In this document: positions 1-58,611 of the stretch, piece after piece
Position numbering within the stretch: the stretch's first letter is position 1
Layout: each line of letters begins with the position of its first letter
DNA from: Hormiphora californensis
Taxonomy: Eukaryota > Animalia > Ctenophora
Length of the DNA: 64,000 nucleotides
Reading direction: 5' to 3'
Assembly (NCBI GenBank): GCA_020137815.1
Contig: CM035351.1
Coordinates: 9,052,001-9,116,000 of the forward strand
Translations under genes and position numbers: made by a program
Notes under the pieces: model-generated
Database searches by the model: none
Seen by the model: only the letters and a program-made list of their open reading frames with translations
Told to the model about the DNA's origin: nothing

Positions 1-90
1 TTTGAGAGGGAGGGTGTGTTAGTTTTGTTGTCTGTTAGAATTAGATCGGACATGGAATAAGTGTTAGTTCTGGCACTAAGGAGCTGTTAC

Positions 91-24068
<23,978 letters not shown>

Positions 24069-24492
24069 GGCAACAGATTCAACTCTTTGAATCCAGGGCT
24101 ACTGTTTTTAATCAATGACTAATGAGTCGATATATGTGACGATGGGATTAGTTATAAATCAATTATTATGAGTTTAGAGTTTAGACCCGGATGGTTACCG
24201 GTTGGGGGATTCGTGGGAAGAAACAAAAGGATAGTATCATTATTTTAGTCTGAAACAAAAAGCACGATATTTGACAGATTATATGCAGCAGAAAAAAAGC
24301 ACACACAGACACACATGGTTTACGCAAGTCCCGTTAAGTGTTTTAATCGCAATACCGGTTTAGGTCAAATGGTTTACGCAGGGAGGGAGGGAGGTATAGC
24401 CAGGGTGGACGGAGGGAGGAGAGGTAGGATGATGTGGAGAGGTCACATTGTGTGGCGAGGAGGGTGTGAAGAAGGAGGAGGGGAGAGGTCCA

Positions 24493-25076
24493 TTACCAGA
24501 CACAGGAGTAACCTCCACCCCAGATATTGCACTTCATGTTGTAGGTTGAGCACCGCTGTAGGGAGAGGAAGGGGGTTAGTAGGGAGCTGGAGGTTGGAAG
24601 TTGAATAATTTAATTAATGCTTGAGTTTTTCAAACTTAAGCCAAATTTAGGAACTAGGAAGAGTTTTTGCCTGCCAGGCATCGTATTGACGACTGAGACT
24701 GGTCAAGTCACAACTTTAAATATTTGACAATGGTGTAGTGTTACTCACAGAGATAGCAGCGGCAGAACACGATGTCAGTCCTCGTTTTACTCGTTCAGCT
24801 CCATCCTTTAACTCAAAATATATCGTCTCTGAGGGAATATAGTGATGTAAGTGATAACTAGCAAATCAAGCATCTATAATAATTATACAGAACAACAACT
24901 TCACTTTACAGCTAGACAGTACAAACCATTCAGAGTAAGGGGTGCAGGAGAGGGAAGACCCCTTACTAAACATTAAATCCTCACTTACCAACATCGTCCA
25001 GTTCGTCTACAGAGGAGGCGTGGCTGACAACAAATAGGGCGGCACAGATAGCCACTATCACTAAACACGTTCTCAT
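24493..25076 (-). CDS. Small secreted Cys-rich peptide precursor, 76 aa, 3 exons
   Basis: Exons 24989-25076, 24749-24828 and 24493-24555 with GTAAGT/GTGAGT donors and CAG acceptors splice in frame to MRTCLVIVAICAALFVVSHA-SSVDELDDVETIYFELKDGAERVKR-GLTSCSAAAISRCSTYNMKCNIWGGGYSCVW*: signal peptide, acidic propiece, furin-type site, 4-Cys mature peptide. Confidence 0.85.
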
Positions 25077-28000
25077 GGTATTGCTGTGGTGGCTATGGCA
25101 ACTATAAATTGGGAAGGTTATGGGTTATCACACTTCTAGATAGTACAGCACAAGTTGGGGGGGGGGGTTGAGTAACAACAAGGCGCCCTAGTCAGAATAT
25201 AATACGTATTATTTTCAACAATAGGTATTAAATACGCGCGCAAATATGTATTTAATACGTATTAAATACGTATTATATGCCGAAAATACAGAAAAGCCGC
25301 GCATTTAGCAAGTGCTACCATCGCGAGCCGCACAACTTCCGACCCAATTTTAGGTCAAAAGCGCGTTACAGATACGACATACAGCCTCACCCTGCCACAT
25401 GTCCCAATACAGCTCTGCCGCGAAGTGCTACTGTGTTCCTCCGTCTTCTAAAACAGGTCCCTGTCCCAATACAGCTCTGCCCGCGGGGGTTATAAGGGCT
25501 CTTCTCCAAACAGGTGTGATTATAACTACTGGCTAACGACAAACAAAAGTAGTCTAATTTGGACCATGTAACAGGTCCCAGCTAGGACGATCCGATCTGG
25601 GAGACAGGTGTGTGGCGCTTCCTGTATCAGGAGGGTAAAATCAGGCAGATCATTCTCCACACACACCCCCCCCCCCCTTTAACAACAGACAAAAGATAGG
25701 CTCTGATCTGTGTGTGTGCTAAATCCGAGTCCCGCAGATGTTCACAGCTCTACATGATACAATATATCGTCTAGAGGATCAGGAGATTCAATATAGACGT
25801 GGTTGGTAAGGTGGTGGGGGGGGGGGCGGTGTCCGATTATCCAGAGAGTCAGATACCAATATTATTGTATCCATATGTTTTTAATATCTAATATGCTAAG
25901 TCATAAAGAGGGCTGCTGCTATCATGTAGTCGACTAGTACCTCTATAATCTGATAATTAGAATCTGCAGTCCAGCACGAACTTGAATGAGTTTCTCACTC
26001 GCCAATGACAGGGGATCTCATGTGTTATAATCCAAACTCATCGGTAATAAAAAACAGGGAGAATGGAGTTGTCAATTAAATACCGTGTGGTGAATGCTGT
26101 AGTTCTAAGTTAGTATCTAGCCTTGCTCATTGAGGATGTGTACTTAGAACTTCCTCCATCCCCTACCCTTCTAGCCCATCGAATGTGATATCCCATAGGA
26201 TGTCAGGCCTTCTGTTGGGAACCTAATATAGCCATGTAAAGCACACTAGAATGCACAACTTGTGTATCCTAGCATTCATCCTGACCTATTAATCTAACAA
26301 GATCATGTAATTTTAAACCAGGTCATTGAATTTACAAGCTAGGACACATCACAAAAGGCAACTGTTTTGTGGATCATTCATGGCTGTGATGAGCTACTGT
26401 GAACTGACACACTGTAACTATTATATTGTAGGATTCAATATTCATCACAGTCACACCCTCTTTTAATTAAAAAAGTATGGACAATAAGAAGTGATGCATG
26501 TATGTCAACACAAAGTTTCTTTGCAGCCTGCTACCTGCTCAACTCACCATGAACCCTATACTACTGTGTAACTCAACAATCGTGTAATAAAACGAATTGT
26601 GTGTGATTGGGGTGGAGTAGTAGTGTACGTATAATGTCCTCTAGATCTAGGAGCATAGGATACTTTCTATAGTATCTACGTATCTAACCCATCCTATAAT
26701 AGTTGATGGTTCTATAGCACAAGCTTGTACGCAACAACTGCAGCAAGCCCGTACTGCAGTGTATGGGCCATCTACACCGTTGGATATTATTATTATGTGA
26801 GAATGATTCAATAACGACGCAGAGTGAGATTAGAATTGATGATATAAGGCCGATGGAGGGGTCTAATTCTAAACAGAGTGCAGAGCGGTTCAGCGATTTC
26901 TCAAACAATTCAGTAATTGCCACACACATGTTTGAAGGTCAATAAAGATATTGGGAAAGCTCACCAAATGACCTGCATAATGGGAAGGAGAGGTTTTTGC
27001 GGCATTATTCTGACAGATTTGCTGGGCGCAGATATAAGAGAGCTGCTTTTAAAGCTTGCGGTCTTTGTTTAGGAAAGTCACTAGTATTATAGGACAAAAG
27101 GAAAGGGCAATCTTCGAACCCAGCTACCCCTTTCTCTTTTCACCCCCTCGCTGAGTGGCGCAATAATTGACCCTCAGATCTCCCTTCTATGATCTCTCCC
27201 CGCTCCCACCCTCTATTGATATTTCTCTTTATCTCACTCTCTCTATTAATTCTCACTATATTTCTCCTCATTCGTTTAGTCTTGCAGGAATTATTCCCCC
27301 AACATACTCTAAGAAATAGTACACAATGTAGGAAAGTTTCAGCAAGTCACAAGTCTAACTCGGATTAGAGAGAAGTGGTGTCTCTGATCTTAGGGAGGAG
27401 GGGGAGCGTTAGAGCACCATATGGGGGGACGCGTCACTCTGACTACTATGTTGTTGGGGGGCACTACCACTAAATAACGCAGCAACACCGCCACCAAATA
27501 CGGATACCCTCCACGTACAAATGGCACGTGGTAATGAGATATTTATAACTTGTGGACATGTGTGCCCTAAATAGGAAGTCAGATCTAGTTGTTGAAATAG
27601 CAAGGCGGGTGAGTGACGAAAGAGTGCCCAATTAAGAAGTTGAAGGCGATATAACCATCACTATCAGTTGATTATAGTTGTCAGGTGGTGTTAAAATTAC
27701 AAGACCGGCAAGTGGTGAGTGGTGGGAAAGTCGGAGAGTGCCCGGGTGAAAGCGAAAACTATCAGTAATTGTCGGTTTGGTGGTGACGATAAACCCGGAA
27801 TAAACCCTCTGTCTGGAAGCACTAATTTTTACCCTATTTAAAGAATTTCGATTTTTTGCATTAGATTCTGTCAAAACCCTTAAGGTAAGAGAGATACTGG
27901 GGGATATGCGCATTGAATAACCGCATTGAAAGTGACGGCTCAATGGTGGTGCTGTTCTGAAACAAGGTTCAATCTGGCGGCATGAGTTAAACTTCTGTCG

Positions 28001-28841
28001 TTATTGGTGACATAGACACCGTGCGCGACCAAGATTGACCGGGGGTCGCGCCAGGTGTCTATATGTCACCAACTGTCGTTAATGTCTGGCCAATTAACTC
28101 GGATAATGCCGCGAGATTTTACCTGTCTACTGAGTACTGCTCGTATACTGAATAATCTTGTTGAGTAATTCAACAAGATTAATCTGTCAGGCCAATGCTC
28201 TGACCACAGTTCTCGCGTATATTTGAGAGAAACGAGAATGGGCCAGGCCAATGCTCTGACAGAGAATAATCAGTACCAGTGAGGCTGTACTAGCAGTACA
28301 AACTGAAGTTACTAGCTACACTGGCTGGTAACTTCAGTTTGTGCTGTCTGGCACGCTATTTGTTAACTACCACAGTACAACTATCTCTGAACATAGACAT
28401 GCAACTTGCAAGGGTACCCAAGTGAAAACTTCAAACTACCCCTGTCTACCAACTGAATAGCGATACGAAAATTAAATTAAATTTGACAACCGAGCCGGGA
28501 CTGAGACCTAACGATCAGATCACGCAGCCGAACGATTTAATTGTAGAAATGCAAAATATGGATCACATGACCTTATTCTCACGAAATAGTTAAATGATAA
28601 ATCGGTATCTCTAGACTAGACGGTAACCTAATAACTAGCGAGAGGAAATACCATGGGACTCCTAGGATAGGAGCAACTGATGATTGAAATAAGTTGGCGC
28701 AACTGCTGATAACTTTTAATGACCTGGAAGATCTGGAGCGGTCAATGTCATCAGGAGGCCCTTAGTGATCTGAGCAGAAAATGGAAATAATGAGCTGTTA
28801 AATACCCGGGCTGGTCCTCACCATGCATATAATCCACATAG

Positions 28842-29045
<204 letters not shown>

Positions 29046-30257
29046 CCTCCCGGCAGGACATGGGCTGATTGTATGCAGCTGTCGACCATCTCTTTCTTAA
29101 TGACACGCGTGTCCCGTGATGTGCTGTTTGTGTCAATCGAACTGGTGATGAGGGCGTGGGGGATGTGACAGCTTAAATGCACATCTGCTGCTGCTCCAGG
29201 CCTTCTCTCTCTGCTCCAGGCCCCCCAACCTTGGGGTAAAGAGCAGGCACAGAAATGGGGAGGAGAGAGAGAGAGAGAGAAAGGTTAAATGGCATGCCCA
29301 TTAGGCGCAAACCAACCTCTGTCTCGTGCTGTCAAATGCTGATCGAATTGTAAACCCGTTATCATTTGACAAGGTGGGGCAAGGGAGAGATAGGGCGATA
29401 GAATGGGAAGGGAGAGACACAACCATATATTCTTCAAATGTTAATCCTTTAGTCGCGACTCAAGTTTTTACCGGCAGCATTTTTGTAGAGACAGTGCAAA
29501 ATTGTCTGGTGGCACCGCAGCCTGTCTGTTGGCACCGCAGCCTCGTTTTGATCAACGACAGTGCACTCAGATGTTTTTGGGTGGTGGATGATTCTCTCAT
29601 CCCCTACTCAACAACTTCTCCAGCGCCAGGCATAATGACAACAGACAGAACAGGGATATAAGAGACTTTAACAGACAGACATTGGTTCGTGGTGTAGAAC
29701 GTCAAGCTACAAGATGTCTCTCCAGATGAAAAGGAAGGGAGGTCAATAGAGGTATTATAGTAGCTTGACGATGGGTACAAAGTTCCAAAGAATCGAGTTG
29801 AAGTTGTGTAAGTTAAAAAGTAAAAAAAAAAACATTACAAAGAATAAAGTTAATCAAGTAATCAACTCTCTCAGTTTGAACTCGTTTGAGTGAAAAAGAA
29901 GTCGAAATTAATCGTGTATTAATATGAATAATAATAATGCTTTCTCCCCTAATCATAATGCAATGACAAATTTACAAGGTCTTTCAACAACGTCTCTTAT
30001 TAAGTGTCTAAAACTATTGAGTTCCAAATGTACCCGACGGGCCGGGTACTAAAGAATACCCGATACAATCTTTATAATAATCAGCTGATAAATGAACACC
30101 CTCTCAGAAACAATCATTATGACAAAACAACGCTTCTTTCTTCGTATTAAACAATATCAATTCTCAACAACTATATTATTAGTGTGAGCCAAAACAAATC
30201 TCTAATTTTCTGAAAAATAATAACCCCTGCCAGTCCTGAGCTGCCCAACTATAAGTC

Positions 30258-50391
<20,134 letters not shown>

Positions 50392-50867
50392 CTATATGAG
50401 GAAAAACGGTCAGGAGGATGATTTGAAATTCATTTAGAATGTCTAAAACTCGGTGCCTGGCGTATTTGAATTGTTCGCTGCCAAGACATGATGATGATGA
50501 TGATGCATCTCTTTCTATATTATATGTATCTTCCAATTCTCTCTCTCCCACTCACTCACTATTCATTCTCAGCTCCCTCACTCGCTCTATCTCTATCTCT
50601 CCCTCTCCCTCTCCCTCTCACGCTCTCTCCATTCTCTCTCTCCCCTCTCCTGGAGAGAGGTTATCCCGGTTTGTCTCTACACAAGGGGGACCCAGTGTGA
50701 ATGTTACCCTGTCTCCCGTGAGGCTCCTCGTAACAATGGCCCCCTCTCCCCCACAGCAGATAAGACACAGAGGAGGAGAAGGAGTGAGGGGATTATTTGA
50801 AATTGAATTAAATATCCCTTGTAGAGCAGACTATGACAAATAATGGTGCAGTGTCACGTGTGAGAGA

Positions 50868-50916
<49 letters not shown>

Positions 50917-51141
50917 GACGTGTTGAGAGAGTGATGATTGCTGTCAGTGTCTTGTTAATGGTCTGAGTGACCAACGTCCAATAGGAGAAGCGCTGGAAGA
51001 TGCGAGAGGTGAGAGAGACATGGTGCACAAATATGTAGCAGGTAAAAGGGCCACACTTTTTTCTATTTGTTAATTTGAAAATCCGGCATATTTTAGAAAC
51101 TACCCGGTGAATATGTGTGTGCGCAATGTAGTGGGTACTCG

Positions 51142-51191
<50 letters not shown>

Positions 51192-53176
51192 TTACAACTG
51201 CTAGGAAACATTCCCCAAGAAATAGTTTAAGTGAGTTTATATAAGTCCGAAATGGCTCTTGAAAGTTCTGGAGAACTAAGATAACTATAGGTTACAAGAT
51301 AGGTTACCTCACCACGAGTGGACATGTTATCTATCATGTGGTATGGTGGGTGAGGCTGTAATTGTTATCCCGTGATCGCTCCTACCCGCATGGAGACGAG
51401 AAGTTACCTGACTCGTTGTACCGAAACCATTCAGAGGCACCGTCAGTAGCGGCACAGATAACAACTGTAGCCCAGTTTAGAAGTAGGAGGAGTGACAGAG
51501 GTGGCATAGTGTTAGGGCCGCTAGGAGGGATGACAACTCAGCTACATATCCAAAACGACATGGTACCTGCTCGGGATATTTCGGGATAATTCGTCCTGTA
51601 GAGCTGATATGATCAACAGTTTGGATTGCTAGCAAAACTAGAATGTTTAAACCCCAGGGAAGGCAGTCAGATTGTAGATGGTTTTGTGCTGCATAAATCA
51701 GAAATAAACAGCAATAAAACTAAGACGCCATGTCCGAACAGGAGTAGAATAATACTAATCAATAATTGATTCAGTACCGTTATATCGTTGTTTATCTGTT
51801 AAGGAGTATATATTATAGGTTTACAAGTTTACAAATAAAGTTTATATTGTGTTACACAACAGATCTTCCCTTTATGGGTCCAACTAAATAAGAATTAAAA
51901 ACAAATTTATCTCTCAAGTCTCAGTTCTTACACTACAAAGTGAAACTCTTTACCACGACGGGTACCGGCTCGATTATTCGAAAGCAGAAACACAAATGTC
52001 AAGCGAGTTCTCAAATAGCTAACAATCTCGCTTGGCCGAGGCTGCAGTCCCCTGTATCAGGTGGTCGTCAAACACGTGTACCAGGGGATTGCGAAGCAGT
52101 CCAACAACTTTTTTCACCACGTACGTTATGGGGGTGCGTGCATGAGAGGGCTGCAGTGCATTCCAAGGGGCAAATCTGGGTGCCTTCCATTGCTAACAAT
52201 TCATCGATTTTGGCGGTCGACACGAATTAGGGATGTTGTTTGGGCCGGGTTAGGGTTTTGTTTAGGGTTATCGGTTAGTGCTATCGATTCTCTACCAGAT
52301 ACCGTTTAGTTTACTCAAATCGGCCATGTGGTTAAGTTTAAAGTTTAAGTTTAATCACTATTTATCACAAAGTCAATATAAAAATATTGAAACCTTCTCC
52401 CGCTCTTACACCAAACATATTTAATATAACTACAACATAGATATAAAAAATAAGCGTGGCTATAGCCGTTTGAAAAAAGTCGGTCTTGAAAATAAAAGTG
52501 GACTCTTTTTGCTAGCGCGCTAACAAAAAGAGTCCACACCTGTAAACAGGCCCCAAGGCACCCATGACCCAGATTACAATCGCGCCCCATTCCAAGCTGG
52601 GCCGCGGCCGAGCGGCGAGCTGGAAATTTTAATTTTTTTGTCAGACACAAAATAAAATAAAATAAAAAGGATGCGCTCATATCAGCAATAACGCGCGCAG
52701 CAATAACGCGCAAAAACATTACGCGCACTAACTTTCTAAACCTTATATTACCACTTGGTAAGTAATGAAGGGCGTAAAGTTAAACATTACTGTTACAGCC
52801 AGTTTTTGGGTAGACAATGATATCCAAAAATGACTTTCAATTGACTTTAAATTAATTTAATTCAATTAATTAGACTTAACTAACAAGACTTAACTAACAA
52901 AGTTAACAAAGTAAACGCGCGTTAATTCTTTGCGCGTTAGTAATGCGCGCATCCTCCTAGCTTTTTTCACAGTTCAGATTTTTCAAAATGCTTTTTTACT
53001 TTTTTACTTTTCAGATTATTTTCATGCGATAGCCGAGACTCGACTGAGACAGCTTGGGTGCTATAACACAAGCAAATCCATGTTAATTGTTTACTCTTGA
53101 TATGAGAAATATTTTTTGTTTCGTTTTTGTCAAACATCTAATGTCCATTTTTTTTTCAACTGTTCATCCGCTTCTA

Positions 53177-53523
53177 CCAGAATCATCGTCTCGGAAAGCG
53201 TGCGGAGGTGCCAACATGCCCAACCCAATCATCGGTAGCTACGAAGTTTCAAAATTCCTTTGCTTCTAGAGCGACCCGACTGTGGAATACCCTCCCAAGT
53301 GATGTGAATTCAGCAAAAGACCTAGCTGGGTTCAAAATACTTCTTGGGGAATGGTTGAAGAGGATGCCGGATCGTCCACCGGTGCCTGGATATACCAGAC
53401 AGAATAACAACTCAATTCTGGACTGGATACCACTGGTATCCAGGGAGGGGGAGGCTCTGTGAGGAACTGACACCTGTACAACATCTGTACGAAGAACATT
53501 ACAAGATTACAAGATTACAAGAT
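53177..53523 (+). mobile_element. 5'-truncated non-LTR retrotransposon 3' end (CR1/L2-group-like)
   Basis: ORF2 C-terminal motif NSFASRATRLWNTLPSDV..LAGFKILLGEWL..PDRPPVPGY..NSILDW, stop at 53462, then an (ATTACAAG)3 tail. Confidence 0.8.
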
Positions 53524-54734
53524 CACCCCCCAAAGTCGTGCGCGGAATTGTTTTGCGCGTTTATCACATGTTAACGTGTAGCGCGCAGCGTAAATTAAAA
53601 TATCGCACGCGCACGAGTTGAGGGGTGAACAGTTGAATAAAAATGGACTTTATCATTTACTGGACCTCCATTTACCGAAATATCCGGACGGCTACGGGCT
53701 AGATTCTCTAATCTCTAATATCCCCGACATTGCAATTGGAAATAAATATTTCACTTCTATTAACTGTTGTTGTTGTTGTTGTATGCGCCTCCGCTTCCAA
53801 TCCTCTACTTGTGATTTTATCCCGTCCGGCAGCCAGTTCCTCACGCCCGAGAAGGACGGAGCTCAGGTTCCAGAGTTTCCTCTTTCCCCCGGGAGAGTTT
53901 TCTTCCTCCGTCTTATGTCCATGGTTTTGGAGATAAGGGTGGAATCGTCTCCCATAACTATCTTAACAGGTCCCATGAAGAGGACCGCACCAGCACTGTT
54001 TTCACATTGTGCCAGTCTCGGATATCTCCAGCGACCCTTGGTGAGTGGCATCTCAGCATTGATCGCTCTAGATGTGGCCTTGGCTAGGACAATTCGGACG
54101 CTCCATTGACTATGGCACCTTTGTAGATTTTGCGCTGCCAACCTCTGATTTGTAATCAGTACTCCATGTGGGTTCATGGAACATCACTTTTTGTTCGTGA
54201 TGCAGATGCAGCGTCCGGCCGTTCATGGGGTAGTTAGGGCAGGTTCCTTCCCAATTAACGGAACTCTGGCGTGTGAAATGTTTAGTGGGTTAGGTATCTA
54301 TGTGCGTCACTCATAGAAATTTGTTTTGTAGCATGGGATAGTGGTTTGTTCTGTTTGTTGATCAGGTTTTTGTGGAGGCTTGTTTGTTGGTAGAGAGTGA
54401 TGATGTTGGTTTGTTACCTTCATCGTTTGGGGGGTAATCGCCATTTGGGAATCTCCTACGCTTCTCATGGACTTTTGAAGAAGCGTAGGTAGTAGCGAGG
54501 CTACTGGTTAGTGTAGTTTCTCCCTGTTGGGCTACGGAAACACCCCTTGAGTTTATCTCAACCTCGGCGTGGGAATTTTGCCGAGAGTCGGTGGTAGCTA
54601 ACCAGTTATGACCTAGCTTGTTAGACCTTTTATACCTGTCCAGAGGCTAGGTGGACAGAAGGTAGAGGGGGGCCAGTTGAGATTAGACCTCCTCCAGCCT
54701 GGACTTTTGCTGGAGGACGGGTTTTGGCCGGTAT

Positions 54735-55065
54735 TTAGCCATCTACTTTGGCCCAGTGCACAAGGCTGGGGAGATGGTGTAATACCGGCCGGGGGGTATC
54801 TCTATTCAGAGAGAGATGAGTCATGAGCGGATTAGAGAAAGGAAGAGAGAAAAACACACCACCCAAGGAGGGCAGCTCTGTTTCCTTGGAGTGGTATGTG
54901 AGATGCTCCAGGCAGTTCAAGAGCTTCATGGTTTACCCCGGGGTATGCCGGGTCACCCCTGAAGATTCCCTGCCTGGTCTGTAGGACACTATTGCTATCT
55001 AAAAAAAAATAGACATTAGCCGCGGCCTGCATCTCAAGGGCGTGGGAAGGAATCTCACCCTCCAT
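54735..55065 (-). mobile_element. Possible decayed retroelement RNase H fragment
   Basis: VYFFLDSNSVLQ resembles the RNase H IxSDSxSxLQ motif; reading frame is broken. Confidence 0.25.
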
Positions 55066-55947
55066 TCTCTCTATTCTATTAACTGTGCACTTGGATAGAT
55101 GTTTAGATATTCTTAGATGTTAAGTTCTAATGTTAAAAAACATCTTCATGCGGCAATAACCGAGCCCCGATGGGCAGTGCAGTGTGCACCGCCCTGGGCA
55201 CTGTGCAACTCCGTATTGATTACCTGATTTCAGCTCCCCCGAAGCGGCGGATTTTATATGACTGTGACAGATGTATTCTCATCTTACTTTTCGGAACAGC
55301 CGCTATTTCACCGTCACAACTCATTATATTCACAGATTTTCCTAATACCCTTATCAGTCGTTCCCACTTCTTGGTTCAATAAAGTTACAAAAACGAGTTG
55401 ACATTTTTAATCGAGTTAATAATGCCTTGTTCAACTAAACACCAAGAATTCGATTCGTTCTCTGCCGACGACAGTAAATGTTCTCCCATCGGATCACATT
55501 ACCGCTGCCACCATATCATGTTCTTCTCTCTGCACATTATCGACACACGGCACTCCTTCTTCCCCAAGTAGCGAAAGGAGAGGTAATAATCTCTATGCGA
55601 GCCATTAGTCTTAGTATAATTATAATTCAGGAGGTTCATCTATTTGTTAAGTCTAGTTTGGGTGTCTCAACGATATTCATTTATTGCATTTATTCTCTGT
55701 TTGTACCTAGTTCACTACTGTTTAAATTCAATTCTCCATTAAATAGTTTGCAGGCTGTTATGCCGTCCTCTTTATTATCAAAATGTGTTGACATACTGTT
55801 TCTCTCTTTCTGTTTTTATTTGTTAAAAGCAGGCCGCAAGCAGTCATGGGTGAGAGTAAGGGCCGTCGTGAGATTATTCTTTTTTTTTGTGAGAATGTTT
55901 TGATTTCTTGGAAACTAACCGCCACACTACACACTAGGAATTGTCCC

Positions 55948-56041
55948 ATGATTATACCGATATTACTGCTCCTTGGTCTGAGCACTGCTCAACAATATCG
56001 ACCACACAAGACACCGATCAACTATGAAGTCCCCCATGAAT
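55948..56041 (+). CDS. Probable first coding exon of a secreted or membrane protein; downstream exons not resolved
   Basis: MIIPILLLLGLSTAQQYRPHKTPINYEVPHE (signal-peptide-like) followed by a GTAAGT donor; an acceptor-like CACTAG lies 10 nt before the ATG. Confidence 0.5.
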
Positions 56042-56779
56042 GTAAGTACAGATTCTAAATACGGATAAAGTTTTTAATTCATTCCGGCTTTTTAGTTTGT
56101 TATACTACTTGATCTAGACATGTTAGCAGTGTTTAATTGTTTTAGTCTGCAGATTCGCATCCTTGACCGATCACTTATTCCACTCATGCCAATCATAATA
56201 AGTAGCTACATCCGTGTTTTCTGCATAGATTTATTTTAATCAGTTTTATAATTCCTGAAAACACTCTATATCTTTCTCTCTCTCTCTCCCTCCCTCTATC
56301 TATCTCGCTCTCTCTCCCTCCCTCTCTCATGTCTCTTATACAACATAGTAGTAGCTCAGGTCCGATTTGTATCGTCCTTCTCTATCTCTCTAGGGTAACG
56401 AGCCCTGGTACTTTTCTGTAATGGTTTCCGGTTGTCTGACCACACACCACCCTCCTCTCTCTCCACCGATTGTAAAGAGAGGGAAAGAGAAGGAGAGATA
56501 GAGAGAGGGAGAAGGAGAGAGAGAGAGAGAAGAAAAATAATGAAAAGGGGGCAACTTGGGGAAAGAGCGGGTTTCATGGGTTTTAGATCAACAGAAGAAG
56601 GGGTGGGGAAGAGGGGATACATTTCCGGTCAGTTGGACAGTACACCGCTTACACACAAAAAACACGCACACACGTAAGTGGTAAGGCTAAATAATCCACT
56701 TGGCACTGACAGGGTGGTTTTGTGACAGATTGAACGAGTGAAAAAAAGAGAGATAGAAAGAGGGAGAGATAGAAAGATC

Positions 56780-56852
<73 letters not shown>

Positions 56853-58520
56853 AGAGCGAGAGAGAGAGAGAGAGATAGAGAGTGACATCGCTTTAAGGAA
56901 TGCACGTGTGGGCTTTGTGTCCCTTGTGCCTACTTTCCTATCGTCACCTTGAAATCTCTCACTGTGCGTTTCGGGGGAAGATACTAATCACCGAGAGAGA
57001 GAAAGGGGATTAAAATAGCAGTGGATGTGAAACGGGAGAGAGGTAGAGAAGTGGAGATATTTAGTTTGAAATATACCTTTTAGTTCTCAGAAGGGATAAT
57101 TTGGGGGATAGATTTGGGATAGATTTGGTTGTGAAATGTGTGGCTACAGGGGCCGTAGTAAAATCTCAACGAACGTATTCGTTGCTCACTGTTCCATAGA
57201 CGTAGAGGGAAGGAAATTGAAAGTGTATATTTGAGATGATCTTCCCTGATCTTCCTATGAGTAGCCCGATTGGTGACGGTGCCACCTTGACGTACCCTCG
57301 CACATGATTTGATTTCCAATTCACATCCTTTTCAATGTCACACACATCCTTTTCAATGTCACACCTTTTTTTCTAGAAATAAAACGATTTAGAAAATTCC
57401 GTTGATAGTGGTAGTACCGGCGGCATGACTTTTTTCTTGTTAGAACCGGAGTAATTTAAACTTTTTTCTCGGAGGCGGCGAAATACTGAGATTAATGGGA
57501 AAGGTCATGTCACATCATGCGTCACTGCAGCGGGGGGCTATCTTAAGAGATAACGCACACACACACACATATTACTGCATGGGGTGTCAGCGCCTCTCTT
57601 GGCACATACACCATATGTTATTAAAATTACACATGACAATGGAGAGGGAGAGAGAGGGATGACAGACTCTCGTCACGAGAGTAATGGTAAAATTCGGTTT
57701 TAAATAAATGCCAGATAGTTTGAATCGAAGAGGTTGGGGTGTCATGTAACTTTGTTACGCACAAACAATATATATCTGTTACAAGTTTCAAACAGTTACA
57801 TGACACCCCTTACAGGGAAGGGAGACATTAAGAAAGACATTCAGTCTGAGGGGGGGGGGGTAGCGGAAGGAGTACTAGAACCACATATATTATACATTAC
57901 AGTGTGCGTGGGATGGTATAGTAAGAAGGGAAGTACACGGACAAATTGGGGTGCACCAATATTCTATTTATGTGCTTGAATCGGGGGGGTCATTCCTGGT
58001 GTGTCTCGTTGTCTGAAGCTTGTAGTGGTTACCCCCGGTTAGGTCACATTGTATTATGATGATGTATGATGATGTTATGCCACCTGGTGCACACACTGAA
58101 TGAGTAGCGGGTTCCTGGGGAGGAGGGGTTGCCCATATATGGTGTTAATCTTATCATCCCTAATAAGGGTTAATGTGTTGCTAATTGCTGTGTACACAGC
58201 CCTGGGCGTTGCTAGGTTCCCCCTGTCAACATGCAATTGTAAACCGAGTTAGAGCGGGCTGTGTGGGTGAGATACTACCGTGGAGTATTGGATTTGTTGG
58301 GTTCTCATGAGAGAGAGGGGGGGGGGGGCAAATAGATATATTTCAGACATTTTGGGGAGAGAGAAATACAGAGAGAAGAGAGAGGAGGATAGATCCGGGA
58401 AAGTTAGAGGGGTGACGTTGATATGATGATTACATCATTTAACTTCTGCCCCCTCTATCTTGGATAATGTCACATCTGTGTGAGAGAATTGTATCAAGTA
58501 GCACCATGCTTCCCCCTCTC

Positions 58521-58611
<91 letters not shown>

